DNA of 64,000 bases from Saprospiraceae bacterium (GCA_020631355.1 JAHDHL010000002.1:291317-355316); one strand, 5' to 3'; shown: positions 9,637 to 20,844, counted from the first letter of the stretch. The notes: a model not told the origin generated them from the letters alone. Program-made: numbers and translations.

Positions 9637-10833
9637 ATGAAAATGACCATCATTCACGGAGTAAGTGCCCTATTATTACTGTCCCTATTCATCATCTCTT
9701 GTGCATCAGACGAGGATTTTACGGATAATGACACACCTAGCAATCCTACCACCCCAGGTGAGGGTGACGACATTATTGACAATGTTTTGGATTTACCCGA
9801 CACACCCTTTAACTATGTCAATATCAACCTCCCCAACCATTACAATGCTCCTCCAATCAACAATTCGGATAATACGCCCGGCAACAATCCCATAACTGAC
9901 TTAGGCGCAACACTGGGTAGGGTCCTTTTTTATGATGTGAATTTATCCGCTAACAATACCATCTCGTGCAGTTCCTGTCATGTACAGCAAGCCGGTTTTT
10001 CTGATCCCGACCGATTTAGTACAGGCTTTGAGGGAGGCCTGACCGGAAGGAATTCCATGGGACTGGCCAACGCCAAATACTACCAGAACGGAAGATTCTT
10101 CTGGGATGAGCGTTCGGCTACCCTTGAGGAGCAAGTATTGCAACCCATACAGGATCATATTGAAATGGGAATGGAACTGGATGATCTGGTCGCCAAGTTG
10201 CAGGTATTGGATTATTATCCCATACTCTTTGACAATGCTTTTGGAACACCGGATGTGACCTCGGATAGAATTTCGAGAGCCTTGGCCCAGTTCATCCGTT
10301 CAATGGTTTCATTTGACTCCAAATTTGATGCAGGTGTAGCGGCCGTTGGAGGTAATTTCAATGACAATACCCAATTCCCCAACTTCACAGCCGAAGAAAA
10401 CCAAGGATTCCAGATATACTTTACCAATCGGGGGAACTGCGATGCCTGCCACGGAACCGCTGCAACCATATCACCCGAAGCCAGAAACAATGGGCTTTTC
10501 CTCGATTATCCAGATAATGGCTTGGGTAATGTCACGGGAAACCCGAATGATAATGGAAAATTCAAATCCCCATCCCTGAGGAATATTGAACTGACCGCAC
10601 CCTATATGCATGATGGCAGTCTTGCAAGTCTGGAGGATGTAGTTGCACATTACAATAATGGGGTACAAAATCACCCCAATCTAGATAACAGGCTCAGGGG
10701 GAACGGGGGCCAACCAAGGAGGCTGAATTTATCCCAGCAGGAACAAGCCGCATTGGTGGCATTCCTCAGAACCCTTACGGATAACAGTTTCATTACGGAT
10801 GAAAAATTCTCTAATCCTTTCATTGGGGATTAG
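9637..10833 (+). CDS. Di-haem cytochrome c peroxidase (CCP/MauG family), lipoprotein
   Basis: 398 aa. Two CXXCH haem-binding motifs (CSSCH, CDACHG). Lipobox LSLFIISC. Confidence 0.8.
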   Translation: MKMTIIHGVSALLLLSLFIISCASDEDFTDNDTPSNPTTPGEGDDIIDNVLDLPDTPFNYVNINLPNHYNAPPINNSDNTPGNNPITDLGATLGRVLFYDVNLSANNTISCSSCHVQQAGFSDPDRFSTGFEGGLTGRNSMGLANAKYYQNGRFFWDERSATLEEQVLQPIQDHIEMGMELDDLVAKLQVLDYYPILFDNAFGTPDVTSDRISRALAQFIRSMVSFDSKFDAGVAAVGGNFNDNTQFPNFTAEENQGFQIYFTNRGNCDACHGTAATISPEARNNGLFLDYPDNGLGNVTGNPNDNGKFKSPSLRNIELTAPYMHDGSLASLEDVVAHYNNGVQNHPNLDNRLRGNGGQPRRLNLSQQEQAALVAFLRTLTDNSFITDEKFSNPFIGD

Positions 10834-10958
10834 GACTATCATATCGGGAGTAAGGAAATAGATTACTTTTCATCCATATTACAGGTTTTATGAGGCAACA
10901 TTCCGCAACGAATGTTGCCTTTCGTAATAGTATGATTAGCTTTCAATATATTTGTCAG

Positions 10959-11828
10959 ATGCTATCATTTCTCAATAAGCCGTATCCCTTGTATGAAATG
11001 GGTTGGAAACGAATCCTTGTTATTCTTTCCAGTGGTTTGTTCGTGAGTCTGTTTCTCATCATTTTCCAACCATTCGGTACGGATACATTCGATCATCCCT
11101 ATAAGAATGCGATACTGATGGGATACAGTTTGGCCATCATTTTTTCTTTCTTGGGTTTCGAATTCATTTCAAGAGCCATCTTTCCCTCATATTTCAAGGA
11201 TGAGGCATGGACCGTTGGTAAGCAAATCATGTATAGCATTCCTAATGTTGCGCTCAGTATTGCTGCATGCTATTTTTACAAACAATGGATATTTGGGTTA
11301 CATGTCAGTTGGCAAGGGCTGTTAGGATTCTATCAATTCGCATTACCGATTGCTTCTTTTGTGGTTGTGGGATGGATTATCCTGGATTACATCACGAAAC
11401 TGAAGAAGTACGAACAAAGTGCCAACGCAATACAAGTCCAGGATTGGCAGGAGGAGAAAACGATTCCTACTTCAGACAATACCACCCATACCGTTCTATT
11501 ACAATCACAAAATGGTAAGGAACAATTCGAAGTCCTAGCAAAAGAATTATTCTATATTCAATCCGCTGATAATTATTGTAGGATATTCTATTGGAAAGGG
11601 GAAAAATTGGAATCAAATCTGCTTCGGAATACACTGAACCAACTTTCCCAACAAATCGAGGATGAATGGATTCTTCGCTGTCATCGGTCCTATATCATCA
11701 ATCTGAAAAAAGTAAAGGACATTACGGGCAATGCACAAGGATATACCCTCCATTTAGATGGAATTGATGCTAAGATTCCCGTTGCACGAAGCAAGAGCAA
11801 AGCTGTCCTCAATCTATTGGAGGCTTGA
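10959..11828 (+). CDS. Membrane-associated LytTR-family DNA-binding regulator
   Basis: N-terminal hydrophobic helices, then a C-terminal LytTR-like region (ILRCHRSYIINLKKV...IPVARSKSKAVLNLLEA). Start is uncertain: the ORF is open from 10890, with ATG candidates at 10932, 10959 and 10998. Confidence 0.65.
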   Translation: MLSFLNKPYPLYEMGWKRILVILSSGLFVSLFLIIFQPFGTDTFDHPYKNAILMGYSLAIIFSFLGFEFISRAIFPSYFKDEAWTVGKQIMYSIPNVALSIAACYFYKQWIFGLHVSWQGLLGFYQFALPIASFVVVGWIILDYITKLKKYEQSANAIQVQDWQEEKTIPTSDNTTHTVLLQSQNGKEQFEVLAKELFYIQSADNYCRIFYWKGEKLESNLLRNTLNQLSQQIEDEWILRCHRSYIINLKKVKDITGNAQGYTLHLDGIDAKIPVARSKSKAVLNLLEA

Positions 11829-12012
11829 TATTCATCCCCTTGCTTTTCCATTCTTACCATTCATCCCATTCCCTTTGTCATTCACCCCTACACTTTGTCC
11901 CCCATCCCTAAATCCCGCTTAGGACAAGGGCTCAGCCTACATTTGTAATCGTCGATGAGACAGACATTCCCTTTTGAGGGTTTGAATTCCTATTCATCCT
12001 AAATATTTACAA

Positions 12013-12615
12013 ATGCGTATATCCATCCTATTCTTACTCTTGGCTCCCTTGTTCATACAGGCCCAGACACAGTCGTGGACAATTCATATGGGCTACGATG
12101 CCGAATTCATGACTCGCCCGGGTTTTCATTTGGGTGCGGACTACCCAATCCTCCAAAAAGAGAAAGTAAAACTCCAAACCCGTCATTATAAGCAATCCAA
12201 TCACCAATGGATTATCGGTAGTGGATTACAATGGTACCAACATCAAAAACACCACAGTGGATTATTCATCGGAGTACTCAGCGGGTATCGTTTCGAGCGA
12301 ATCCGACAAGAAGCCAAGGGGAGGAAACGTGTATTCAGGACCGATATCCAATTCGGATTGGGTGTCTACAGATACTTTCTGGACGGAACTACCTATTCGT
12401 TTAACAATGGAGACATATCCGGTCAATCCAATGGTGGGCGCATGGTAATGATGCCCATTACCTCATGGAAAATCGGAGCGCAATTCCCAAATAAGAAAAA
12501 TATTCCCATCCATTGGTATATCAGGAGTAGTCTTTTGCTCGAAACCCAACATAACCATCAGGTCTTGCCTAAGCCATTCTTAGGAATCGGGCTTTCATAT
12601 CGCCTTGGTCATTAA
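12013..12615 (+). CDS. Outer-membrane beta-barrel protein, hypothetical
   Basis: 200 aa. Signal peptide MRISILFLLLAPLFIQAQ. Alternating aromatic/polar pattern. C-terminal ...GIGLSYRLGH is typical of a beta-barrel terminal strand. Confidence 0.45.
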   Translation: MRISILFLLLAPLFIQAQTQSWTIHMGYDAEFMTRPGFHLGADYPILQKEKVKLQTRHYKQSNHQWIIGSGLQWYQHQKHHSGLFIGVLSGYRFERIRQEAKGRKRVFRTDIQFGLGVYRYFLDGTTYSFNNGDISGQSNGGRMVMMPITSWKIGAQFPNKKNIPIHWYIRSSLLLETQHNHQVLPKPFLGIGLSYRLGH

Positions 12616-12644
12616 TCATACATCCAATTCCAAAATCGTATATC

Positions 12645-13727
12645 ATGAACATCAAATTCCAATATCTCATATTAATTATAATCGCAACGCTGTCTTTGGG
12701 CTGTACGGAGTCAACACTATTTTCCAATCAAGCAGAGGATATCTTCTGGCTCAAGCACAAAGGAGCCGAAATGCCTATTTGGGTAGAAGGGAATACTGCC
12801 TCAAAACAATTCATCCTTGTTTTACATGGGGGTCCTGCAGGATCAGGGTCCTTGGGATACAACCTTAACCATGAGTTCTCTGTCCCTTTAGAGGAGAGAT
12901 ACGCTTTGGCTTATTGGGACCAAAGGGGTTCGGGAAATGCAAAGGGGAATCCATCCATTTCCACACTGACCCTTGACCAATTCGTTGAGGACCTAGACTT
13001 AGTAGTGGATGCCATGAAACATCGTTACGGAACAGACATAGACATTTTTCTGCTTGGCAATAGCTGGGGAGGCTTCTTAGGCAATGCTTTTCTCAGTCAT
13101 TACGAAAAGCAGGATAAGATTTGCGGTTGGATTGTGGTGGATGGCCAACATGATTTCCGACAGGGATTAGTCTATGCCCACCAACAAATGCTCGATATTG
13201 CGGAAGAACGAATATCAGCAGGAGTCAATCCACATTATTGGAATACAAAAAAGGAAAGTATCCTTTCAAGGCCTGTCGACTCACCCGTATCAGAAGATTA
13301 CGCTTTCTATAATCGAATTGCTTATCAAATTGAGTATCAATTGGAAAGAGAAGATGTACTCTCACAGGAGTTTTTTCTGGAGGATGGCCAAGGATTCGAT
13401 TACTATTTCCAATCTTCTTATAACCCGATTACATCCAATGCGAATGCAAACACGACCAATTCCATCCTTTGGAATGAAATCATCCAAACCAGCCTAAGTG
13501 ATGAGTTACACCAAATCACATTACCTACACTTATTCTTTGGGGGAAGTATGATACCGTAACCCCTACCTCATTGGCATATGACCTATTCGAATATATTTC
13601 TACAAAGGAAAATGAAAAAAAATTAGTCATACTCCAAAGCGCCGGCCACCAAGCCCTAAAACACGAACCCCGACGGGTCGTCGAAGAAGTCATCTCATTT
13701 ATTTCAGAACATGGCTGTAACATTTAG
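12645..13727 (+). CDS. Alpha/beta-hydrolase-fold lipoprotein (serine hydrolase / prolyl-aminopeptidase-like)
   Basis: 360 aa. Lipobox LSLGC. HGGP oxyanion-like motif. Nucleophile elbow GNSWGG. C-terminal His region. Confidence 0.7.
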   Translation: MNIKFQYLILIIIATLSLGCTESTLFSNQAEDIFWLKHKGAEMPIWVEGNTASKQFILVLHGGPAGSGSLGYNLNHEFSVPLEERYALAYWDQRGSGNAKGNPSISTLTLDQFVEDLDLVVDAMKHRYGTDIDIFLLGNSWGGFLGNAFLSHYEKQDKICGWIVVDGQHDFRQGLVYAHQQMLDIAEERISAGVNPHYWNTKKESILSRPVDSPVSEDYAFYNRIAYQIEYQLEREDVLSQEFFLEDGQGFDYYFQSSYNPITSNANANTTNSILWNEIIQTSLSDELHQITLPTLILWGKYDTVTPTSLAYDLFEYISTKENEKKLVILQSAGHQALKHEPRRVVEEVISFISEHGCNI

Positions 13728-13781
13728 CCCCTGACAACCGTCTTGCAACCGATTCAACAATCAATACCATAAATCTCAATC

Positions 13782-16151
13782 ATGAAAAACTTCATCCTAA
13801 CACTATTCGTTCTTTCTTCTTTTTGTCTTAATGCGGATGCCCAACATAAGGTCAGGGGAATGGCTAAGGACAGCGAACAAAAGGCATTGGAATTTGCCAA
13901 TATACTTCTTCTATCAGCTTCGGACTCCAGTTTGGTTCATATGGAAATGAGTGAAGCCGACGGTTCCTTTGTATTCAAGGGCGTCGAAGCAGCCGAATAT
14001 CTGCTACAAATATCATCCATGGGATATGAGGATTATACCTCGGATGCATTCGAAGTGAATGCTGACCTAGATTTGGGTATTGTGAATATATCTACCTCGG
14101 ATATACAATTGAATGAGGTTGTAGTACGGTACAGGAAACCCATTCTTGAGCAGCAAGGAGGTACCTTGGTCGTGAATGTGGCCAACAGCATCATTGCCAA
14201 TAGTGGCAGTGCCGAGAATGTACTCAAGAAAGTACCCGGCGTAATGATCATCAATGGCAATGTCAGTATGGCTGGCCGTTCGGGTGTTAACATCATGATT
14301 GATGGAAGACCTACCCAGTACATGGATCTAGAATCCTTATTGAAGGACCTTCCTAGTGATGCCATAGAAAAAATCGAAGTGATGCAGACCCCGGATGCTC
14401 GTTTTGATGCACAGGGTGATGCAGGAGTCATCAATATTGTGCTGAAGAAGAACATCAAACTGGGAATGAATGGAAGCACTTATGTAGGACTGGGTTATGG
14501 TGATGTATTCAGGGCCAGAACTGGTCTAAATCTGAATTACAGGAATGAAAAATTCAATTTTTCGAATACCCTATCATTCAATCGTAATTCCAGCATGGAT
14601 TATATGACCATCACTAGGAATGTGAATGATGATGTGTACACACAAAGTACCACTGACCCTTACAAGCCCCTTGGCGCCTACCTTAAATCAGGTGTGGATT
14701 ATTACCTTGATGACAGACAAACCATCGGTACTGCCCTAACCCTATTCGGAGGAATTAATGATAAGGTAGATAAGAATACCACAACGATAGATTACGGTGA
14801 TGGAAGCCCCTCTACCCTGATTCTAACGAATAATGCACTCTACCGAACGACCGGTTTTGTATCCACGGATTCGTATTACCAATTCGATATTGATACTTTC
14901 GGACAGAAATTCAGTGCGGACTTCGGGTATTTCAAGTTTGGCCGACAAGCTGATAATGATATCATAAGTACATCAGCAGAAGGATTTGAGGAAAGAAGGA
15001 AACAAGGCAAACCCAGTCAGACCGATATCTATGCGGCCAAAGTGGATTATGTCAAGCCTCTGATGGAGGGGATGAAATTGGAAACAGGAATCAAATATAG
15101 CCATGCCCGTATTGATAATGATTTGCAGGCATCCTATTTTGATAATGGGGAATTCGTGGATGATGTCGGGCTTTCCAATCATTTCATTTATAATGAGGAT
15201 TTGAGGGCTGCCTATCTGAAATGGTCCTACACGACCAAAAAAATGAGTTTTGAAGCAGGTGTAAGGTATGAGGATACCAAGGCTACCGGATATTCCATTA
15301 CCCTGGATTCCACAAATACGAATAATATCAAGAGATTCTTCCCAAGCGTGAGTGTATCCGGACCGTTAAAGGGAAAACTAGGTTGGGTAACATCCTATAG
15401 CCATAGAATTAATCGTCCGAATTTTGGCGAGTTGAATCCATTTGTATATTTCATTGACCCTTACACTTACGAAAAGGGAAATCCATTCCTAAGGCCAGAA
15501 TTGACACATTCCGTCAAACTTTCCATGACTTACGAAAAGCAACCTTTCTTCAATTTGGAATATCGCAAGACGACCAATGAGATACAACTACTAACAGAAC
15601 AGGATAGTGAGACCGGTATCGCATTTGGTTTTTCTGACAACCTCAACAACTTCGAACGTTATGGCGCATCCATGTTCTTCCCTCTCGATTTCGTAAAAGG
15701 ACTTTCAGGTTACGGAGGGGTCATGGTGAATTATGACCGTTATTCCACGGATGGAAGATTCGAAGAATTCAACCAGTCGGTTTGGAATGTAACTACATTC
15801 CTGAATGTCAATTATGAATTCACCAATAACTTTTCAGCCGAGTTGAATGGGTGGTATACCAGCAACGGGATTGAGGGTATCATGCTGTCCCAGCCCTTGT
15901 ACGGAATGGATGCCGGACTTCAATATAAGTTTCTGGACGGAAAAGCCAGAATTAACCTGAGTGTGGATAATTTCGTGTATAAGCCGTGGATTGCCGATAT
16001 TCAGTTTAACGGACTGGATGCATTGGTCAAATCAGATTGGGAAAGTCCTGTGGTCAATCTACGTTTTTCCTATAAGTTCGGTAACAAACACCTCAAGCAG
16101 AACAATCGTAGGAATGATAGTAATTCAGAGGAAAAGAACAGGAATAACTAG
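13782..16151 (+). CDS. TonB-dependent-receptor-like outer-membrane protein (CarbopepD_reg N-domain, plug, beta-barrel)
   Basis: 789 aa. Signal peptide. N-terminal DSEQKALEFANILLLSASDSSLVHMEMSEADGSFVFKG (CarbopepD_reg_2-like). Plug-like region (...VPGVMIINGNVSMAGRSG...IEVMQTPDARFDAQGDAGVINIVLKK). Long beta-rich C-terminus. Confidence 0.7.
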   Translation: MKNFILTLFVLSSFCLNADAQHKVRGMAKDSEQKALEFANILLLSASDSSLVHMEMSEADGSFVFKGVEAAEYLLQISSMGYEDYTSDAFEVNADLDLGIVNISTSDIQLNEVVVRYRKPILEQQGGTLVVNVANSIIANSGSAENVLKKVPGVMIINGNVSMAGRSGVNIMIDGRPTQYMDLESLLKDLPSDAIEKIEVMQTPDARFDAQGDAGVINIVLKKNIKLGMNGSTYVGLGYGDVFRARTGLNLNYRNEKFNFSNTLSFNRNSSMDYMTITRNVNDDVYTQSTTDPYKPLGAYLKSGVDYYLDDRQTIGTALTLFGGINDKVDKNTTTIDYGDGSPSTLILTNNALYRTTGFVSTDSYYQFDIDTFGQKFSADFGYFKFGRQADNDIISTSAEGFEERRKQGKPSQTDIYAAKVDYVKPLMEGMKLETGIKYSHARIDNDLQASYFDNGEFVDDVGLSNHFIYNEDLRAAYLKWSYTTKKMSFEAGVRYEDTKATGYSITLDSTNTNNIKRFFPSVSVSGPLKGKLGWVTSYSHRINRPNFGELNPFVYFIDPYTYEKGNPFLRPELTHSVKLSMTYEKQPFFNLEYRKTTNEIQLLTEQDSETGIAFGFSDNLNNFERYGASMFFPLDFVKGLSGYGGVMVNYDRYSTDGRFEEFNQSVWNVTTFLNVNYEFTNNFSAELNGWYTSNGIEGIMLSQPLYGMDAGLQYKFLDGKARINLSVDNFVYKPWIADIQFNGLDALVKSDWESPVVNLRFSYKFGNKHLKQNNRRNDSNSEEKNRNN

Positions 16152-16180
16152 GAAAAAAGCATAAAAGTTGCTGAAAAAAG

Positions 16181-16208
16181 AAAGGAGGCTGGGGATTACG
16201 CCTCCTTT
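16181..16208 (-). terminator. Hairpin with a downstream U-tract on the minus strand
   Basis: aaaggaggc / gcctccttt 9-bp stem with a 10-nt loop. An A-run upstream on plus gives the U-tract for a minus-strand transcript. It lies about 190 bp downstream of the 16402 gene end. Confidence 0.3.
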
Positions 16209-16401
16209 CTACACATTCATTTGGTATTCGAGGATTGTGGGAATAATCCTCCTGTAATAGAAGTTGCCTAAAAATAGAAATCAGACGATGAATTACAACC
16301 CCATATCATCCGAACTGTGACAAACATAGGCGGCAAATATTCACTATTCATCATTGAAAAACAGTGAATTACTTATAAAAACAGCATGTATTTGTGAGAT
16401 T

Positions 16402-17850
16402 TCAACCGTTCTGATTTAGTTGTTTTATCAACCATTTTACAGGCAAAACATCCTTAAATTTTGGATAACTCTGGTCCAATTCATCCATTTCTACCATCAA
16501 CTTATCTATTTCCACTTTTTTCTCGTCCTTGGGTAAATAGATGATTCTACTCATTTTCCTGAATACCTTGGATACATCCAACCATAGAATTTCTTCCGGT
16601 TTCTTATAATGGGCGGTTTGGTAGATATTGGTTACCTCCCTTTCGAATAGTTCTTCTGAACCTTCCTCATGGTAGATAATGGCCATGATGAAACGGGTAT
16701 AATAAAAGTCATTCTGAGGGCGGTTATTGATGTCCTTGGGTAAGAGTGGCCATGCTTCGGTGGCCCGTTTTTCAAAAATGAGGCAGAATGCGATAAGGTA
16801 TCCAAACCGGTATCGTACCCTTTCATTCCTATCAATCTGCTTTTTGTAGGTTTCGAAGATTAGAATGGGTTCGGAGAAGCGCTCCAATTTAGTCAGGATG
16901 CTGATATAATTAAATACGATTTCCAAGCGGAGCCATTTGGGTTGCTGGTTCATCAAAAACATACAACGTTCGAAGTATGTCGCGGATGTCTCGTAATCAT
17001 TCTTAAAATAATAGCAATGACCTAACCAATTATTATAATCCCTTTCATTAATAGCCAAGTCAGGTCGGATTTTGGAAACCGACTCATGGGATTCCAATAA
17101 TGCCTTAAAAATAGGGATTCTTTTTTCATGATTTTTTTCGTGGAATGATTGTGCCAATAATTGATGGTACTTAAAAAAAGAAGCATTATTTATTTCCTCT
17201 TGAATCGGAGCGTTATCCACATATTTTGGGGTCGTTGTATTTTTTTGCCCGGTAAACATGGTGGTATAATATAAAAAACCTTGTTGCTGTTCCAATCCAC
17301 GGAGTTCTTCTATATATAAACATTGTTGTAAGAAAATCCCTCTTTTCAATAAATTGTGAAGTGTATCATAATATTGTATTTTTTCTTCTTGGTGATGGGT
17401 AATATATTTAAAATACAAATCAATCAACTCCAATTCCAATCTAAAGAATTTCTTTTGTTCTGATTTTCTTTGATATTTATTCCACTCTTTTTCAAACAAG
17501 GAATATGATTGTCTCTCCAATAAAAAATCCAAGTAAATAATTGCGGGAGAAAAAGATTCTAAAAAATGATTTTTTATTTCGCTTTCTAAATATTGAAGTA
17601 TAATCTGCTGTTCAATTTCCTCATTTAGCACCCGCAAGTAATGACGGAGTTTAAAATCTAATTTAGCCGTATATTTTTCTTTTGAAACCAAGGAGAAAAG
17701 AACGGATTTTTCCATTTTTTTTCGACCATCATATTTTGATATATAATCCAATAAAGCAACTGTCTCCTTGGAAGCCTTGGATTTCAAGGCCAGACGAATA
17801 CTCTTTTTTTCTTCTTTCGTAAGACAGTCTATGAGTGCTTTTGATTTCAA
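16402..17850 (-). CDS. Hypothetical protein, low-GC, predicted helical
   Basis: 482 aa with no recognisable motif. Composition is markedly AT-rich, especially 17200-17800, relative to the flanking alaS and the TonB-dependent-receptor-like gene. Confidence 0.5.
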   Translation of the reverse strand: MKSKALIDCLTKEEKKSIRLALKSKASKETVALLDYISKYDGRKKMEKSVLFSLVSKEKYTAKLDFKLRHYLRVLNEEIEQQIILQYLESEIKNHFLESFSPAIIYLDFLLERQSYSLFEKEWNKYQRKSEQKKFFRLELELIDLYFKYITHHQEEKIQYYDTLHNLLKRGIFLQQCLYIEELRGLEQQQGFLYYTTMFTGQKNTTTPKYVDNAPIQEEINNASFFKYHQLLAQSFHEKNHEKRIPIFKALLESHESVSKIRPDLAINERDYNNWLGHCYYFKNDYETSATYFERCMFLMNQQPKWLRLEIVFNYISILTKLERFSEPILIFETYKKQIDRNERVRYRFGYLIAFCLIFEKRATEAWPLLPKDINNRPQNDFYYTRFIMAIIYHEEGSEELFEREVTNIYQTAHYKKPEEILWLDVSKVFRKMSRIIYLPKDEKKVEIDKLMVEMDELDQSYPKFKDVLPVKWLIKQLNQNG

Positions 17851-17892
17851 AGGAATCCTAACTTATTTTCAAGTGAATTTATAAAATAAAAC

Positions 17893-17920
17893 AGCCCTGA
17901 CTTACGATTAAGCCAGGGCT
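17893..17920 (-). terminator. Terminator downstream of alaS
   Basis: agccctg/cagggct stem with T-rich flanks on both strands. It lies 11 bp beyond the alaS stop. Confidence 0.4.
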
Positions 17921-17930
17921 ATATTTTTTA

Positions 17931-20555
17931 TCATGCAATTAATGAATGTACTTTGGACAGGGCTTTTTCCAGGCCACTCACATCCTTTCCTCCGGCAGTG
18001 GCAAAGAAAGGCTGTCCGCCTCCGCCACCTTTGATTTCCTTGGCTAATTCCCTAATCATATTACCTGCATGCAAATCCTTGGATGTCGTTAATTCTTTGG
18101 AAATGATAACCATGAGTTGGGGTTTCCCCTTTATTTCAGCACCAAAGACAATCAAGGAATCACCTACTTCTTTTTCCAATTCGTAACCCAGTGTTTTTAT
18201 CGCGTTCGAATCATTCAATGGCAAACGAGCCGTTAGGACATTGACACCATTAATATTTTCGAATTTCGATTTCAAATCACCTTTCAAGGCACCTGCTTGA
18301 GCAGCCAATAATTTTTCGATTTCTTTCTGCAGGGCCTTATTCTCATCCTGTAATTTATTGACTACCCCTACCAAGTCCTTAGGATTTTTGAATAATCCCC
18401 TTACTTCATTTAATGTCCCTAATTCCTTATTCAAATATTCCTCAGCCTTGTTGGCTGTAATAGCTTCTATCCTTCTGATACCCGAAGCGACAGAACCCTC
18501 GGACCTAATTTTAAAGTAACCGATTTTACCTGTAAAAGGAACATGGGTTCCTCCACACAATTCAATGGAATAATCAGAATTAAAAGTAATCATCCTTACA
18601 GTCTCCCCATATTTTTCACCAAAGAGCATCATTGCACCTGCTTCCTGTGCATCTGCAATGGCAATGCTCCTGCTTTCCTGTAATGGAATATTTTCACGAA
18701 TTCTTTCATTCACTATTTTTTCCACTTGCAATATTTCATCGGAACTCATTCCTGAATGGTGGGAAAAATCAAATCGTAAATATTGGTCATCCAAATACGA
18801 CCCCCTTTGTTGCACATGATTCCCTAATACCTGACGCAATGCTGCATGCAATAAGTGTGTAGCAGAATGATTATTTTCGGTAAGGCTCCTTCTTGTCTCA
18901 TTCACTTCCGCACGAATAAATGCCTTTTTATTCTCAGGCAATTTATTCACATAATGAATAATCAAATCATTCTCCTTTTGGGTATTAATGACTGCGATTT
19001 TTTCATCATCGAACCACAACAACCCCTTATCCCCTACTTGTCCACCACTTTCTGCATAGAATGGTGTCTTATCCAATACGATTTGGTATTGATTTTTCTT
19101 CTTCACCTCTACCGTACGATATTTCACCAAACGGGAATCATCCGAATACAAGGAATCATAACCAATGAACTCCACACCATCCGCTTCCATAAGACTATGC
19201 CAATCACCAAAGGATTTCTCTGCATCCTCCTGTGCAATTTTCCTTACTCTTTCCCTTTCCGCCTCGTATCCTGCCTCATCCACATTGTATCCCTTTTCAG
19301 AAGCAATCAGCCTTGTCAAATCAATCGGGAATCCGTAGGTATCAAAAAGAGTGAATGCATCCTTTCCACTGATGACTCCATCCTTGACTTCCAGCTTATC
19401 AAAACGCTTCAGTCCCTTGGATAAGGTTCTGAGGAATTGTTTTTCTTCCGCCAGTACGGTTTTCCTCACATGCTCCAATTGTTCTTTTACCTCTGGGAAC
19501 ACTTCCTGGAAAGCTTCTGCAAACAAAGGCAACATCTTATATATCATCGGCTCCTGTACATCCAAGAATGAATAATAATAGCGTACAGCTCGTCTTAGGA
19601 TTCTTCTGATGACATAGCCCGCACCATTATTACTAGGCAATAACCCGTCCGCAATGGCAAAGGAAACAGCCCTAAGATGATCCACTACCACACGCATAGC
19701 CATATCTGACTTGGCCTCCTTGTCGTAACTGAATGTATATTTGACTCCGGACTCTTTCTCCAAGAATTGGATGAATGGCGTGAATACATCCGTATCATAA
19801 TTGGAAGTAACACCTTGCATTGCCATACAGAGACGCTCAAAACCCATCCCGGTGTCTACGTGTTTCTCAGGTAAGCTCTCTAAGCTCTTATCCGCCTTAC
19901 GATTGAACTGGATGAATACCAGATTCCATATCTCAATCACTAGAGGATCATCCATATTCACCAAACTTGCTCCATCTACTTCTTTCCTCAACTCATCTGG
20001 ACGAATATCAATATGGATTTCGGAACAAGGACCACAAGGACCTGTATCTCCCATTTCCCAGAAGTTATCTTTCTTATCGAAATAGAGGATTCTATCCTGA
20101 GGAACATGATTCTTCCAATAGGAAACAGCTTCTTCATCTGGATTGAGCCCCTCTTTCTCATCACCCTCGAAAACAGATACATATAATCTATCCTTAGGTA
20201 ATTGGTAGACTTCCGTCAATAATTCCCAAGCCCAATCAATCGCTTCTTTCTTGAAATAATCGCCGAACGACCAGTTCCCCAACATCTCGAACATGGTATG
20301 GTGGTAACTATCCACACCTACATCCTCCAAATCATTATGTTTTCCGGAAGCCCTGAGACATTTTTGGGTATCAGCGGCTCTTCTGAACTCCGGCACCCTA
20401 TTACCCAAAAAGAAATCCTTGAACTGATTCATACCTGCATTGGTAAACATCAGTGTGGGATCATCCTTATTTACGATGGGAGAAGATGGGACAATCTTGT
20501 GTCCTTTCGACTCAAAAAAATCTAAAAATGCCTGTCTGATATCCTTTGACTTCAT
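17931..20555 (-). CDS. alaS: Alanine--tRNA ligase
   Basis: 874 aa. Begins MKSKDIRQAFLDFFESKGHKIVPSSPIV, the class-II AlaRS N-terminus. The HSATHLL editing-domain motif is present. C-terminal Gly-rich DHHA1-like tail (KGGGGGQPFFATAGG). Confidence 0.95.
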   Translation of the reverse strand: MKSKDIRQAFLDFFESKGHKIVPSSPIVNKDDPTLMFTNAGMNQFKDFFLGNRVPEFRRAADTQKCLRASGKHNDLEDVGVDSYHHTMFEMLGNWSFGDYFKKEAIDWAWELLTEVYQLPKDRLYVSVFEGDEKEGLNPDEEAVSYWKNHVPQDRILYFDKKDNFWEMGDTGPCGPCSEIHIDIRPDELRKEVDGASLVNMDDPLVIEIWNLVFIQFNRKADKSLESLPEKHVDTGMGFERLCMAMQGVTSNYDTDVFTPFIQFLEKESGVKYTFSYDKEAKSDMAMRVVVDHLRAVSFAIADGLLPSNNGAGYVIRRILRRAVRYYYSFLDVQEPMIYKMLPLFAEAFQEVFPEVKEQLEHVRKTVLAEEKQFLRTLSKGLKRFDKLEVKDGVISGKDAFTLFDTYGFPIDLTRLIASEKGYNVDEAGYEAERERVRKIAQEDAEKSFGDWHSLMEADGVEFIGYDSLYSDDSRLVKYRTVEVKKKNQYQIVLDKTPFYAESGGQVGDKGLLWFDDEKIAVINTQKENDLIIHYVNKLPENKKAFIRAEVNETRRSLTENNHSATHLLHAALRQVLGNHVQQRGSYLDDQYLRFDFSHHSGMSSDEILQVEKIVNERIRENIPLQESRSIAIADAQEAGAMMLFGEKYGETVRMITFNSDYSIELCGGTHVPFTGKIGYFKIRSEGSVASGIRRIEAITANKAEEYLNKELGTLNEVRGLFKNPKDLVGVVNKLQDENKALQKEIEKLLAAQAGALKGDLKSKFENINGVNVLTARLPLNDSNAIKTLGYELEKEVGDSLIVFGAEIKGKPQLMVIISKELTTSKDLHAGNMIRELAKEIKGGGGGQPFFATAGGKDVSGLEKALSKVHSLIA

Positions 20556-20844
20556 CTTTATTCGTTATTACATTGTTACTTTAATTGCCAAATGACTGCT
20601 TTTTGTCTCATTCCGGCACAAAAATGTACGGAGTTTGTAAGCAGATTGATGCTAAAACAGCCCTTAAGTCTAAAAAGTGCCCTTGTTTATCAAATTTCAG
20701 TGTGTTTTTTTGACAATTTCAAGGACTGATTTTAAATTTGACCCCCAAGGGAGGCAAATCGATAGAAACTAACTTTAGACTGAATAGTTGAAATCGGTGT
20801 TTTTGGTGCGCCAAAATTAGCCGATTCTGCCTAATATACCGAGA

